64,000 nt of DNA, taken from assembly GCA_963733195.1 (NCBI GenBank), contig CAVTCR010000081.1, positions 32,001-96,000 on the forward strand, read 5' to 3'. The notes under the pieces are model-generated. The model saw only the letters and a program-made list of their open reading frames with translations, was not told the origin of the DNA and searched no databases. This document shows, one piece after another, positions 20,736 to 31,904 of this stretch (positions are counted from its first letter, which is position 1; each line of letters begins with the position of its first letter). The translations under genes were made by a program, and so were the position numbers. Origin of the DNA: an uncultured delta proteobacterium. GTDB lineage: Bacteria; Desulfobacterota; Binatia; Bin18.

Positions 20736-21837
20736 ATGAACCGCACTCACATTGCTCCGCGGCTTTTCGTGGTGCTCATCGCGCTGGCTGGGGCGCTCAC
20801 CGTGGCGGCTCCGATAGGGCTGCAGGCCCAGACTGTCGATGAGTTCGGCTCGCCTCGGCTCGACGGGCGCTGGCTCCACCTTCGCTCACCCCTTGATGTC
20901 GGCGTGGGCGCGCGACTATCGCGTCTTTCGCAACAGCGGCGGCGTGGAGGTGGTGGCCGCTGGCAGTGGACTTGCTGACGAGATCGGCGGTGCCGCGCTC
21001 GACTACGAGGCCATTGGCTCACAGGCTGGTATCCAGCGTGTCAAGGCGCGCGCGGTCGACTTCGCCGTCTCCGAGATGCCACTACCGGCGGCCGACCTGC
21101 GCAGCAACGGCCTGTTGCAGGTGCCGCTGGTGGCCGGTGCGGTAGCGGTGGCGGTAAACATTGAGGGCCAAGCCGCGGCCGGGCTACGGCTGAGCCCGGG
21201 CCTGCTGGCCGACATCTTTCTCGGCCGCGTCAAGACCTGGGCAGACCCCACCATCGCCCAGCTCAACCCCGAGCTCAGGCTCCCCGCGGCACCGATCGCC
21301 GTGGTGCACCGTACTGATGGCTCGGGCACCACCTACACCTTCACCGCCTTCCTGGCGCAATCCAGCGCCGACTGGAAAAGCCAGATTGGCAGCGACCTGC
21401 TCGTCAACTGGCCAGTGGGCGAAGGCTCCAGGGGCAACTCCGGTGTGGCACGTGCGCTCCAACGCACCCCCAATTCGATCGGGTATCTGGACCTGGTGCA
21501 GGCGCTCGCCGCCAAGCTCCAGGTCGCCAGTGTGCAGAACGCCAGTGGGCGCTTTGTCACGCCGAGCGGGGCTTCAGTACAGGCTGCGGTGGCCTCTGCG
21601 AGCTGGGACCCGGCCACGCAGTTCAATACGTCGCTCGTGAACATGGCCGGCGAAGGCAGCTATCCCATCGGGGCTGTGGTATTCGGCCTGGCGAGCGACG
21701 GCTCCGCCCAACGCGCACAGACGGCGCGTGCCTTCCTCGAGTGGTCGGTCACGAGCGGTCGCGCCACAGCCGAGCAACTCGGCTACGTGGCCCTGCCGCC
21801 GTCGGTAGTGGAAAAGGTACAGGCTGTTCTGCGTTAG
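20736..21837 (+). CDS. pstS: Second phosphate-binding protein PstS (E. coli-type); frameshifted after the signal peptide
   Basis: MNRTHIAPRLFVVLIALAG signal; GAGSTF, GSQAGI, VDFAVSE, HRTDGSGTT, GNSGVA, YPI. Confidence 0.88.
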
Positions 21838-21935
21838 TGCACTTTGCTACGTTAGGGGCTAATCTCGGGGACACTGGTATTTAAATGGACAAATTCTAGC
21901 TCGTCCATTTATTTCCCATCGCAAGAGGATGCGCC

Positions 21936-22688
21936 ATGGAGTGGATCGTTGACTCGCAAGCCTTGATTGGCCTGGTAACGTTGACCTTTCTGGAAATCGT
22001 GCTTGGCATCGACAATATCATCTTTATTTCGATTCTCGCTGGCAAATTGCCGAAGGAGCGGCAGGACCGGGCCAGGCAGATGGGCCTGGCCCTGGCGATG
22101 ATTATGCGTATTCTGCTGCTGCTGTCGTTGAGCTGGATCGCCCGCTTAACCGAGCCCCTGTTTACGGTATTTCACGTTGCCATTTCGGGGCGCGCGTTGA
22201 TTTTGCTGGGCGGCGGCCTGTTTTTATTGGCCAAGAGCACGTATGAGATTCATGAAAAACTGGAAGGCGAGACCGCCCACGCCTCAGCTACAGGCAAAGC
22301 CTCATTTAGCAGTGTCATCACGCAAATCATCCTGCTCGATATCGTGTTTTCGCTCGATTCGGTCATCACTGCGGTTGGGATGGCCAACCAACTGTGGGTC
22401 ATGGTGACGGCCGTGATCATCTCCGTCGTGATTATGTTGTGGGCGTCTGGCCCCATCAGTGCCTTTGTCAACCGCCATCCGACCGTCAAGATGCTGGCTT
22501 TGAGCTTTCTCTTACTGATTGGCTTTTCGCTGATGGCAGAGGGGTTAGAACTGCATATTCCGAAAGGCTACATCTACTTCGCGATGGCGTTCACCGTTTT
22601 CGTAGAGATGCTGAATCTGCGGCTGCGCGCGAAGGCCGAGCCCGTGCACCTGCGCGAGCCATACGCAGCTGTGTCAAACAAAGAGTGA
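21936..22688 (+). CDS. TerC-family integral membrane protein
   Basis: LEIVLGIDNIIFISIL, DIVFSLDSVITAVGM, HPTVKMLALSFL, KGYIYFAM. Confidence 0.93.
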   Translation: MEWIVDSQALIGLVTLTFLEIVLGIDNIIFISILAGKLPKERQDRARQMGLALAMIMRILLLLSLSWIARLTEPLFTVFHVAISGRALILLGGGLFLLAKSTYEIHEKLEGETAHASATGKASFSSVITQIILLDIVFSLDSVITAVGMANQLWVMVTAVIISVVIMLWASGPISAFVNRHPTVKMLALSFLLLIGFSLMAEGLELHIPKGYIYFAMAFTVFVEMLNLRLRAKAEPVHLREPYAAVSNKE

Positions 22689-22731
22689 GCAAACAAAAAC
22701 GTAAAAGGCTGTCTGAGAAGCAAGAGGTCAA

Positions 22732-22788
22732 GTCATTGCGAGCGGAGCGAAGCAATCTTTGCCCGAAACAGAGACTGCTTCGTCGTTG
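22732..22788. repeat. Palindromic repeat (GTCATTGCGAGC..AGCGAAGCAATC family)
   Basis: Same family as the complete element at 52099-52183. Confidence 0.6.
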
Positions 22789-22842
22789 AAGCCTGTCCTA
22801 AGCGGAGAGAAAAAGATAGACACCGCTCGGCCCTCCGCACAT

Positions 22843-25188
22843 TTAAGGAAATAATTGTTGGAAACGGCCAAGATGAGGAACCAGGTCTCGCCGGACCAGT
22901 CTTCGACGCCGTCGTTGTCGGTAACAACAAAGGTGCGGCCACTACTGGTAATCGCAACGCCTTCTGGCTTGTCGGTGATCCAGCCTTTAGTCGCCTTGAG
23001 ATCGGGCAACATGTTATACACAGACTTCTCGCTGCTGTTGATCAGATTGTCGGCGCCGCATTGGGTTTGACCTTGACCAGCGTCTTCAGGGCAGCGAAAT
23101 CACCAGAAAGGTTATCGCGTTCAAGAACGACATACGAACCATCTGGCGCGCGGGTGATCTCGGACAGGCCGACCCAGGCAGCATTGGCTGGCAGCGGTGC
23201 CAGTTCCCAGGCGATCTACTCCCAAGTATCAGCTATCTGGATCGTAGATCCAGATGCGGGTGCGGTTCGGTTCGTTACGTGAGTTGAAATCGCCAGCATC
23301 GTCGTCAAGATCTTCGCATTTTTTGCTGGCGTGGTATAGTCCCAGCCACGTTGCTGGGCAACGAGTAACTTGTAGCTACTGCCGTTACCAGGCAGCACTG
23401 CCACGCCTTCGAAGCCTGAGCCTAGTGTCCCTCTGCGGGTAGAAGCCGCTCGGCATGCGATAATCTCTGCTGGGAAGGCCCACTTCCTCAATGACGTTTC
23501 CGGAGAAATCGACTTGCAACAACAGATTCGGCCGCGAATCGCTGGCATTGCCTTCGCTGGCAATCCACAAGGTGCGGTCCGGTGCAATCGCAATGCCTTC
23601 CGGATCATAGTCCCCGGTACCGCCACGAATGGTCAGCGACTCGGTGATCACTGCCGGTTTTTCTGAAACATCGATGCGGAAAATATTGCTTTGGCTATAA
23701 TACGAGTCCCATACCGCCAGTAGGGTGGCAGGCTGGCCCGGAACGGCGACCATGCCAGACAGTGCCGACCACGGGATCGGCGAGCCATTGACATCATCCG
23801 AGACGATCTGCGGTAGGTCGGCTGACCAGGTTTAGCTGATAGATCATGATGGTAGAACGCACACCGAAGCTCGGATCATCTTCCTCGCCAGAGGCGATCA
23901 GGAGATTGCGCGAGGGAATAGCAAGCACTCCTTCCGGGCCTAGCGGTCCAGGCAACAATTGCTTGAACTTCGGACGGGCACCGTTAACCTCGTACACCGC
24001 AATGAAGCTACCACGCTCGGAGCCGACAAAGAGATAATCGTCGTTGCCGAAACTACCAAATTCAATCGCTTCCGGTTCAGTGCCTTTATTTAGACCGGAC
24101 TTCCGGGTAGTGGCCGTACTGCACGGCGATTTGTTCTAACGATGCCCCGCTATCGAACACTACGTTACCATTACGGTCGAACAGTGAGAACCCGCGCCTT
24201 CCGCCAAACAGGTCCCTTCGTTCGCCTTAGCGATAAAATATCGCGCCGTGGCGGCCATTGCGAAACAAGACAACAGCGTCCGGTTCGCGCGCTACGTTGG
24301 TTAACGTTTCGGTAGGGAAATGATCCGTCCTCGGTCTTGTCGATACCGTTTAGTGTGACTGAGCCGGCGGTGAAATGTTTTATCACACCCCCGTGACAAG
24401 ATTGACGATGACAATGTGACTGTTCTCCTGTAGCGTCACCACAGCTTCATTATCCTCGTTAATGTCGACGGACTCCGGTTCCGGATCACGCCCTCCATAG
24501 CTGGCAAGACGGTGAAGCATCAACATCTCGGATCGCGGCGCTCCCAGGTCGTTGCATTCGTGCCACCAACGATATCGACGATAGCAAGATAACCAGGAGG
24601 CAGTTGCGGCAGCTTCACTTCACACCATTGACTTCGACGTCTTCATCGCATTCATTCTCAATGGCGATGGCAACGTACTTCCGTCCCGGCTGATCTTGAC
24701 GGAGACGGCTAACCGCCGAGATCGATGCTATGCACGATCGCCGCGGAATAGTAGTGATATGGACCACAGCAGCTTGCCGCTCGGATTAATGAAGCGGTGC
24801 TGGTATTAACGGCGACCAGCGCGTATTATTGCCAAGCACGTCAACCGAGGTCGGTTCGCCACCCATCGCAAGGACCCCAGTCGGCGCGGAGTAGATTGAT
24901 CGGTAATGTCGACAAAACCGATTTGCTTGCTGGGCTGTCGGTATAGATCGGCGTGTTGCCGTCACGCGTGGCAGCAATGATTTCTGATATGTCGTCTTGC
25001 CGTTTGGTAGCGCCATATTCACGTAGTTGCCAATGTCGACACCCGTTGAAAATCTCGCCTTGTTATCATGATTGCGGAAATCATTAATGACTTCCGATCA
25101 TCCCCAAGCCCAAAGGCGAACTGGGCGTGGCGGCAGCGCCCGCAATAAACAGAGTTGTCAAGTAAATTCCGGTGTTTTTCTTCTGCAT
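22843..25188 (-). pseudogene. Secreted alkaline-phosphatase / phytase-like esterase beta-propeller protein; heavily frameshifted (pseudogene or poor consensus)
   Basis: Fragments GGEPTSVDV, LPGPLGPEGVLAIPSRNLL, YDPEGIAI, WIASEG, GFEGVA, DKPEGVAI, VVTDNDGVEDWSGET; ATG 25188 after GAGGAG. Confidence 0.75.
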
Positions 25189-26399
25189 AGGTACTCCTCT
25201 CGATTTCAGATGTTCGATCTATCTCGGTAGTAGTCACAATTGGAGAGGGCATATGATGTCTCCGGTATGTTGTATCAATATGCACACTCGTATGACATCC
25301 ACTTGGGGGTGACGAACCACACTGCTCGGCATTCGTTATGCACACCCAGTTATAAGTTCTTGCTCCGGCAGGGGGGGGGAAGGGCTGCAGAGCCACAGGG
25401 ATTAGGTTTGGTGGTGACGCGAGAGGCCGTCGCTGTCATCAACTTTCGATCCGTCCTCGTCAACCGTTCACATAGGTAGCGTAAGGTCCCTCCCCGCACC
25501 CGATGACTAAGTCTCGTGTGACATTCCTATACGACCATTGTTCTGATATTCTTTTTGTAAATATCACACTGAGAATGTCTTATTTTGAAAGAGGGTTTTA
25601 TGCGTCAAGGTGTAGCAATACCAGTGTCGCGGCTGTTCTCTGGGCATTTTCCTATCAGGCGAGATGGTCTCCGCCGGCGATGATAGTAGCAGTAGAGGGA
25701 AAGGAAAGAGAGGTAATCGAGGTGAGGAACTCTGGCTGCGGAGAGGTTTTGGGCAGGATCGGACACGGCCGGAACATGCAACTCGGCCGCGCCCGTTCTC
25801 TGTGGTCGACAGAATGCGTGCCGCCCACTCGGGGAACGCTGCCGACAGTGCAATAAAAGTCGTTCAACTGAATTCGTTTTTCGATAGATTAACCGTGGGG
25901 GCACACCTCTGCTGATTCCCGAGCACACCAAGGAAAGTAGATCGAGACAGTAGCAGCATGGGCACTCGTATTCTTGAAGTGACGTAACCTACAAGATACA
26001 ACTCATCTGACGTCACAATAAATGTCGATTAACATCTCGACGAACAACATTCGTGCTGCTCCATTGGCAGGCAGAAGTGCACGAAGCCGTCGATTAATAC
26101 AGCGAAACTACCCGGCACTCGCACCTCCGCGCAAGTACTCTGTGCTTTCTACAAGCAAAACTACGTTCACGAACTCAAACCTGAAAGGAAAAATCGGACG
26201 CGTCTGACCCTCGGGAACTACCGTACGGGTATCGACAGAACCGCGAACTATGACGACCTAATATATATAGGACAAGGGGAACGCTGTTGAGCCACAAGGA
26301 AAGTGTCGGGCTGGTGTCAAGTTTCTCGGCGCCGAATTTGCGCCCAAACTAGAAGGGCCCCGACCGTCATCACCCCAACCTGCAAGATGAGGAGGTGTT

Positions 26400-27090
26400 C
26401 AACAACCAGGAACATACAAAGAAGATGATAGAAAGATCCAGAACGACGATGTCAATCCTTCCCAGGGAATGTCTTGGCCCAATCTTGACTGTGCGATGTC
26501 TGTCTACTGGATACGAGAAGCAGCCGAGTTCGGCGGGAGAGCCGTGTTCCTCGATGATGCCAATGTCCCCAGCAAACTTCCGATACTGGCTGACCTCCAA
26601 ACATGCAGAAAGCAATGATCTCAACATTTCAGCCCCACCCATGTAGCGCTTGCTGACAGTAGAGCAACGGACGGATCATCCCTTCCCGGTACGCCCGGAA
26701 CGCTGAGATTCGCTCACCTCGATGCTGTCGCCTGGACGCTGGAGCGCTCGGGCGACCATCATCGAGGAATGTTGCCGAACCAAGGGTACCGCGAGCCCCA
26801 TCGATTCTACTACCAGTGACACTCGATGCCCTGCGTAACAACGGTGACATCCTGACGACACCTGAGACGTGTTAGCTTCGGCAGATTTCCACATCACGGC
26901 ATCTTCTCCGACTGGTCTGCAACAGTCGTCTGCTATGCAAACTGTAACGGATGAAGATGACAACTCAAAAACGATGCAGCGCGGATCTTGCTCGCTACGC
27001 CCACTCGTAAGTCAAGGACCACCTCCCGTTCAGCCAGGGCCTATCCTGTCCAGAAAGAAAACAGAAGGTGTCTGTGATAGGATGCTCCTA
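26400..27090 (-). pseudogene. Possible degraded HAD-family phosphatase downstream of gnd
   Basis: Only scattered frame-broken similarity (PIT..LF.LD.IG..GV.LT; FVSS; I.LDLS); position fits a gnd-HAD arrangement. Confidence 0.25.
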
Positions 27091-27101
27091 CAACCGTTTC
27101 A

Positions 27102-28176
27102 TCACTCATCGTGCGAACATTCGGCGTGGCCTGCGTATTCGAACCACGTCGCCGGGGTTCTTTTCTTCAGCAAAGTCAGGTTTCCTGGCCGCATGCGAGC
27201 TGAAGCACCTGATACCGGCGCGAGACCCTGAGGCACACAGCGGGCGGCCTTCTCAAATAGCAGCAGTGATCTACGACGCCCCTCACCTGAATCCGAGACA
27301 CGCCCCGAGAAATTTGCCAAGTTGTTACCGATTTCTCCTCAGAGCAAAGCAAGATTAAATCCGACGAGCCACGAACCACGACACTGCCGCCCGCCACACT
27401 TCAGCAATATATGGAAGAAGTTAGCGAATGATACTGATAATGCTACAGATTGAGTAACAGTGTCTTATTTCAGCATCCGCTTTCCGGTACTCCTTCCCTC
27501 TCGTGGCAGTCTACCGTGAGATATTGAATCCTTCGGCGTAGGCCGCCATCAGGCCGTACTTCGATGCCGTTGTTGCCGCCCATTTTTTGACGAATGCCCA
27601 GCCCCAGACAGCCACCAGTGCAGATAATTTCCTCCTCCACTGTTCCCGAACATTTGCATGCCCAGGAGTGCGAGAAGGTACGCATCTCTCACCCGGGCCA
27701 ACGTCTCGGGAATCGGAATAAGGGTTTCTTGAACTCCCTGTTCAGGTACCACCAAATAATGAGACGATGACCAACCACCTCCAGGCCCAGATGCCAAACT
27801 GATGCCGAAGACATCGAGATAGTGAATCCCCTTGACTTTGAGATTGTTCGAGCCACGGATGTCGTTCAAATGTAATATCAATCTCCGCCGTCGATCACAA
27901 TGTAACTATGTGCTGGAGACGAGGAGCAAAATCGTCGGGAGCGTTCTCGTCGACCACCGCCTCGCACCATCACCCAGACTGCCCGTGGTGGAGTCGAATC
28001 GCTGGATGGATTCATTTACTATGGACGATGTTTCCTACAGCCCCTTCATGAACAAGCATCTGCACCAGTACATAGGATTCATGTCAAAACGACGCATAAA
28101 TGGTTCACCACGTAAGAGCCAGACGGCACCATGTACCCATTCTGCCAAGCCCAATCATCCCCAGTTCTTGCATCAT
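27102..28176 (-). pseudogene. gnd: Decarboxylating 6-phosphogluconate dehydrogenase (short type); heavily degraded
   Basis: Frame-broken motifs ELGMIGLGRMG, PRAVWVMV, IVIDGG, KGIHYLDV, GAGH.VK...NGIE.YGLMAAYAEGFNI, FSGRVSDSGEGR, FEYAGH. Confidence 0.75.
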
Positions 28177-28362
28177 CAATATCCTTTCTCACTGTTCTTC
28201 TGACATTTTTGTCTCTTTCATTGCAAACAAAGTGTCTCAGAGAAGAGCAAGCACGCGTGTGGTGAGCAATCATCAAAATCACTACAGTCGTCGCAATGAT
28301 ACACACGGTACAAGAACTGCGTAGATCACTTCTTTTACTGATATTCTTGCATGCGCTCTAAC

Positions 28363-28461
28363 TTATAGAAGTGCTCAGTATGTGAAGTAGTAGTGAAGCC
28401 GGAACACTGTACAGACTTCATCGAGGAGTTTCGGTCGTTGACTTCTCGTCGTGTCAGGCAT
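28363..28461 (-). pseudogene. intI: Integron integrase N-terminal remnant
   Basis: My manual translation MPDTTRSQRPKLLDEVCTVFRLHYY-(frameshift)-HTEHFY matches the IntI N-terminus pattern (PKLLD.VR..LR..HYS..TE..Y). Divergent from the cassette array. Confidence 0.7.
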
Positions 28462-28504
28462 ATCAGGGCCAGTCATCGCGTCTTGAGATTGTTGAGAATA
28501 GAAA

Positions 28505-28581
28505 CAGGGCAAAACTGCCCAAAAACCCGGTTCATATCGCATTATCAGGGCAAAATGGCAAGTTAATCAATGGTTAGCCGC
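28505..28581 (+). other. Putative attI site
   Basis: Direct repeat CAGGGCAAAA at 28505 and 28546, then core GTTAGCC at 28573; lies between intI and the first cassette. Confidence 0.55.
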
Positions 28582-28622
28582 TGGCTTGGCTTATTCAGCA
28601 ATGTCTGCAAAAGTATGATCGG

Positions 28623-28856
28623 ATGCACTTTGAGATTATTGGAGACATTACTGACATTGAACCGATTGCAACTGGACCCAGTATCCGAATCCTCCCGTTT
28701 CTTCGCAAGCGCTATGGGAGAGGGCGATGGCGGAAACTCAAAGGAAAAGCCCTGGTGCGGCTTGCGGATGGAACCGTCCGGCGCGCCGAACTCCATTGGT
28801 TTGAAGCGCATGGCATCGGCAAACGGAAACTGCGGATCAAACGCTTCCTGGACTAA
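28623..28856 (+). CDS. Putative toxin (77 aa, basic) in an integron cassette
   Basis: WRKLKGKALV...AELHWFEAHGIGKR; first gene of a compact two-gene operon. Confidence 0.7.
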   Translation: MHFEIIGDITDIEPIATGPSIRILPFLRKRYGRGRWRKLKGKALVRLADGTVRRAELHWFEAHGIGKRKLRIKRFLD

Positions 28857-28861
28857 AGACT

Positions 28862-29095
28862 ATGCCTACACGAGTAAAACCCAAGCGACGATTTGCGATT
28901 TGTATTCGGGCCGATGACTCTGATTTGCTGACGCCCCGTCGGATTTACGAAATTCTCCCTGACGCAGACTCGGCCAAATCCCAGTACGTTCGGGTGATCG
29001 ACGATGAGGGCGAGGATTATTTATATCCGGCTTCATATTTTGTGGTTGTAGACTTTCCACCAGCAGTGGAACAAGCCTTATTGCAAGCGTCGTGA
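28862..29095 (+). CDS. Putative antitoxin/immunity protein (77 aa)
   Basis: LTPRRIYEIL...YVRVIDDEGEDYLYP; starts 5 bp after the preceding ORF. Confidence 0.7.
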   Translation: MPTRVKPKRRFAICIRADDSDLLTPRRIYEILPDADSAKSQYVRVIDDEGEDYLYPASYFVVVDFPPAVEQALLQAS

Positions 29096-29110
29096 CATCC
29101 CGAAGTTGTC

Positions 29111-29217
29111 GCGGCTAACAAACGTCCTGGCAGCGGACGCGGCCCCTGTTGCGGATTCTGCTGAATCGTGAAAAGGCAGCGGTTGGGGGCCTTGCCGGCT
29201 GAGGGCAGACGTTAGGC
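29111..29217 (+). other. attC site (integron cassette recombination site)
   Basis: R'' GGCTAAC (29113) ... CAGCGG / CCGGCTG inner arms ... R' GTTAGGC (29211). GCGGCTAAC is the exact reverse complement of GTTAGCCGC at the cassette start (28573). Confidence 0.8.
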
Positions 29218-29282
29218 TCCTTCGGCGGAGAATGACAGAAATCTCTGGATCTTATTACAATAGCGAAGGGTAAGGAGGTGAT

Positions 29283-30216
29283 ATGGATGTTAGGTCTCAT
29301 CCCTAATCGCGACAACTCGCACTGGTGATTTAGCCGCACTCGCTCGTCGTACAGAAACGATATGGGCTTCGACTCGCTCTGGATTCCCAGAACACTCGTG
29401 CTCCCCAGCGGTTCCCTTTCCCCGTTATCCTATTTCCTTCGTGGCCAGAGCACTATGGGCGCTGGGTCGATCCCTTTGTGGCGCTCACCGTGGCGGCAAC
29501 TGCGACCACAAGGCGACTCAAATTGGCCACCGGGGTGTTTGCCTCTTGCCCTAGCGCGACCCTCTGGTGACGGCCAAGGTCGTCCTGAACTCTGGACTAT
29601 TATTCTGGAGGGGGCGGGTTACTTGAGGCGTGGGGGCAGGAGGGCTCAAGGAAGAACTCGAAGTGATGGGGACGCCATTCCGATTGCGCTGGCAGCGGTT
29701 GCGGGAGACGGTGGAGGCGATGCGCGTCCTCTGGACGCAGGCAGAGGCGAGTTATATAGTGGGCTAAACTGGTGCAGTTTCCCGCAGTGCGGTGCGAGCC
29801 CAAGCCGGTTCAACTGGGCGGTCCCCCGATCTTGTTAGGCGGACATGGGCCGAAGGCGCTCGAACGGGTAGCGAGGAGTTATGATGGATGGTGTCCAATT
29901 GTTGTGGAGCCACAAAGTTTTGCAGAGGCGGTGACGATCCTGTGCCAGCTCACGCGCGAGGCGGGACGCAATCCGGAGGCATTGCAACTGAGTCCCTGTG
30001 TTGACCCTCAAGAAGGGGAATCTGTCCGGCGACACTCTGAAGGCGTATCGAGAGGCCGGAGCCACCCGGGTGGTGCTCCTTTCCCAACACATCGCGAGCG
30101 AGATGGCTGATGGGCAGGCAGCAGCGTGGATTGAGCGGCTGGCTCCTATCGTTGAGCGGGCACGACCTCTTATAAAGGAGGCTTCTTGGACAGCTAAGAT
30201 AATAGCAGGGGCGTAA
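29283..30216 (+). pseudogene. LLM-class (luciferase-like, F420/flavin-dependent) oxidoreductase; heavily frameshifted
   Basis: MGFDSLWIP, DPFVAL, KLATG, PKPVQLGGPPILLGGHGPKALERVARSYDGWCP, AYREAGATRV. Confidence 0.75.
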
Positions 30217-30420
30217 AGCAGGGCAGACAACAGCGAAGTGGTGCTCACGACTAGGATTTGGCAGCCTGACTCCCATCAGGGCCCCGATGTCAAGTGGGCA
30301 GACGGATGCACTACGGGGGCGGGGTGGCCGTCCGAGAAACAAATGGTGAGTCGTCTTTGCCAAGCGATCGCGGCTGACTTCATTTCGGTTGCTGGTCACA
30401 GCCTGTGGGCTGCACCAAAC

Positions 30421-30775
30421 ACCTATAGAGGGTCAATGTTTCCGTGGACAATGTTCCACGGGAAACAGTGGCATCTCGCAGAACGCCACGCCCTAGAAAC
30501 ACTTCTGTGCCCTCATGCCGGTCTTCTCAATAGCAGCGGGTTGTGTCCAAAGACACTCCTAGTTAGTCTCAGACTCGGGGGAGGGGCAGCCACGGGACCC
30601 TTGGTGACGGATCACCAAGAAGATGAGCGGGAGAGACGGTCCAATCACGGCCTGCGGCTCCGGGCTTTCGTCCAGATATTCCCCACAGTCCGTGCTGTAT
30701 ATAAGGAAGAAGCATCAAGAGGGCTCTCCCTGTGTGGGCCAGTTAGACGGCGGGCTCCGTCTCTCCCCTCAGCGG
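30421..30775 (-). ncRNA. Candidate bridge/seekRNA of the IS110 element
   Basis: 11-bp perfect IR at 30629-30639/30757-30767, hairpin 30600-30619, second stem 30508-30514/30581-30588, repeated CTAACT motif in both loops. Confidence 0.55.
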
Positions 30776-31818
30776 TTACGCGGTCACAAAGCGTTGCAGA
30801 TCAAACGCCTGTTCCCGCGTGAGCATGTAATACACGGCGCGGCCCAACTTGTGGGCGAGCACGGTGAGCGCTTTGGCTTTGCCGTGTTTGTGTTCGAGTG
30901 TGGCAAAATACTCTTTCCCCGGCTGACTCTGGCGGATAAACAGCACGGCGGCTTCGGCAAAAGCCCAGCGAAGATGGACGTTGCCAATCTTTTTGCCCGA
31001 AGTCCCCAGTCGTTTGCCATTGGATTCTTTGGCGCACTTCACCAAGCGACAGTAGGAGACAAAATCTTGTACACGGGGAAAGCGGCAATGTCCTGAATCT
31101 CATATAGGATGACCAACGCCAGAATCTGTCCGATCCCGGGAACCGACTGCAACCGGGCGAACGTCTGGACATCATCGGTTTTGGCACTGCGCGTGAGGTA
31201 GAGTTCCACTTCGCCTAATAACTGATCGTAGTGATCAATGAGCGACACGTCGACCTCGATTGCCTTGTGGACACTGGGATCGGGGAAATGGTCGGCGACA
31301 TCTTCGCGATTCGCTTTGTTCGCCAGCCGTTTGCCGATCTCCGGCAGATTGTACTGACTATTGGTATTGTGAATGTGCGCTAAGAGTTCGGCCCGTTTAC
31401 GGGCGAGATGACAGCGGCGCCGGAGTAAATCTCGCGTCGCCCGCATCTCTGAAGGATAGACATAGGCTTGGGGGAACATCCCACCGCGCAATAAGACGGC
31501 AATCTTCTGCGCATCAATTTTATCGTTCTTGGCTTTGCCCCCATGAATCGCCTTCATATAGAGGGCGTGTCCCAGAACGAAGGCAATCCCTTCCTTCTGA
31601 CACAGGTCCGCCAGCCAATACCACGTGAACATACATTCGACGCCGACGACCAGATCTTCACGATACGGGGCAATGAGCCGTAAAAATGCTTCCGGGGTCG
31701 TCGGCAAATTCTTGTGGACCAATTTCGTGCCGTGTTGATCGAGAATACAGACGTACATCGCTCGCGCATGTAGATCGATGCCACAATAGTGTTTATGTTG
31801 GTGCGTGTAAAAGTTCAT
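30776..31818 (-). CDS. IS110-family transposase (DEDD RuvC + Tnp20 domain); frameshift ~31075
   Basis: YCGIDLH, VGVEC, KAKNDKIDA, LQSVPGIGQILA, KESNGK...GNVHLRWAFAEAA...LAHKLGRAVYYML. Confidence 0.93.
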
Positions 31819-31904
31819 CCAGGTTTCCTCCTTGGGGGGTGGATTGTTGGGATACAGCCATCCTACCGCTGCCACTCGCAGCAAAGGAGGCCTGGATGAG
31901 TATC

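Larger units (their letters stand above)
30421..31904 (-). mobile_element. IS110-family element (IS1111-like, non-coding region 3' of the transposase) inserted in an attC-like site
   Basis: Transposase plus ~355-bp structured 3' non-coding region. Left flank ends ...CCAAAC; right flank is an attC body homologous to 29139-29176. Ends are inferred. Confidence 0.8.

Noticed and set aside
22843-28360. ORF-poor 5.5-kb stretch read as a novel non-coding locus or CRISPR array
   Set aside because: No regularly spaced repeats; most of it is explained by frame-broken phosphatase and gnd sequence. 25.2-26.4 kb remains uninterpretable.
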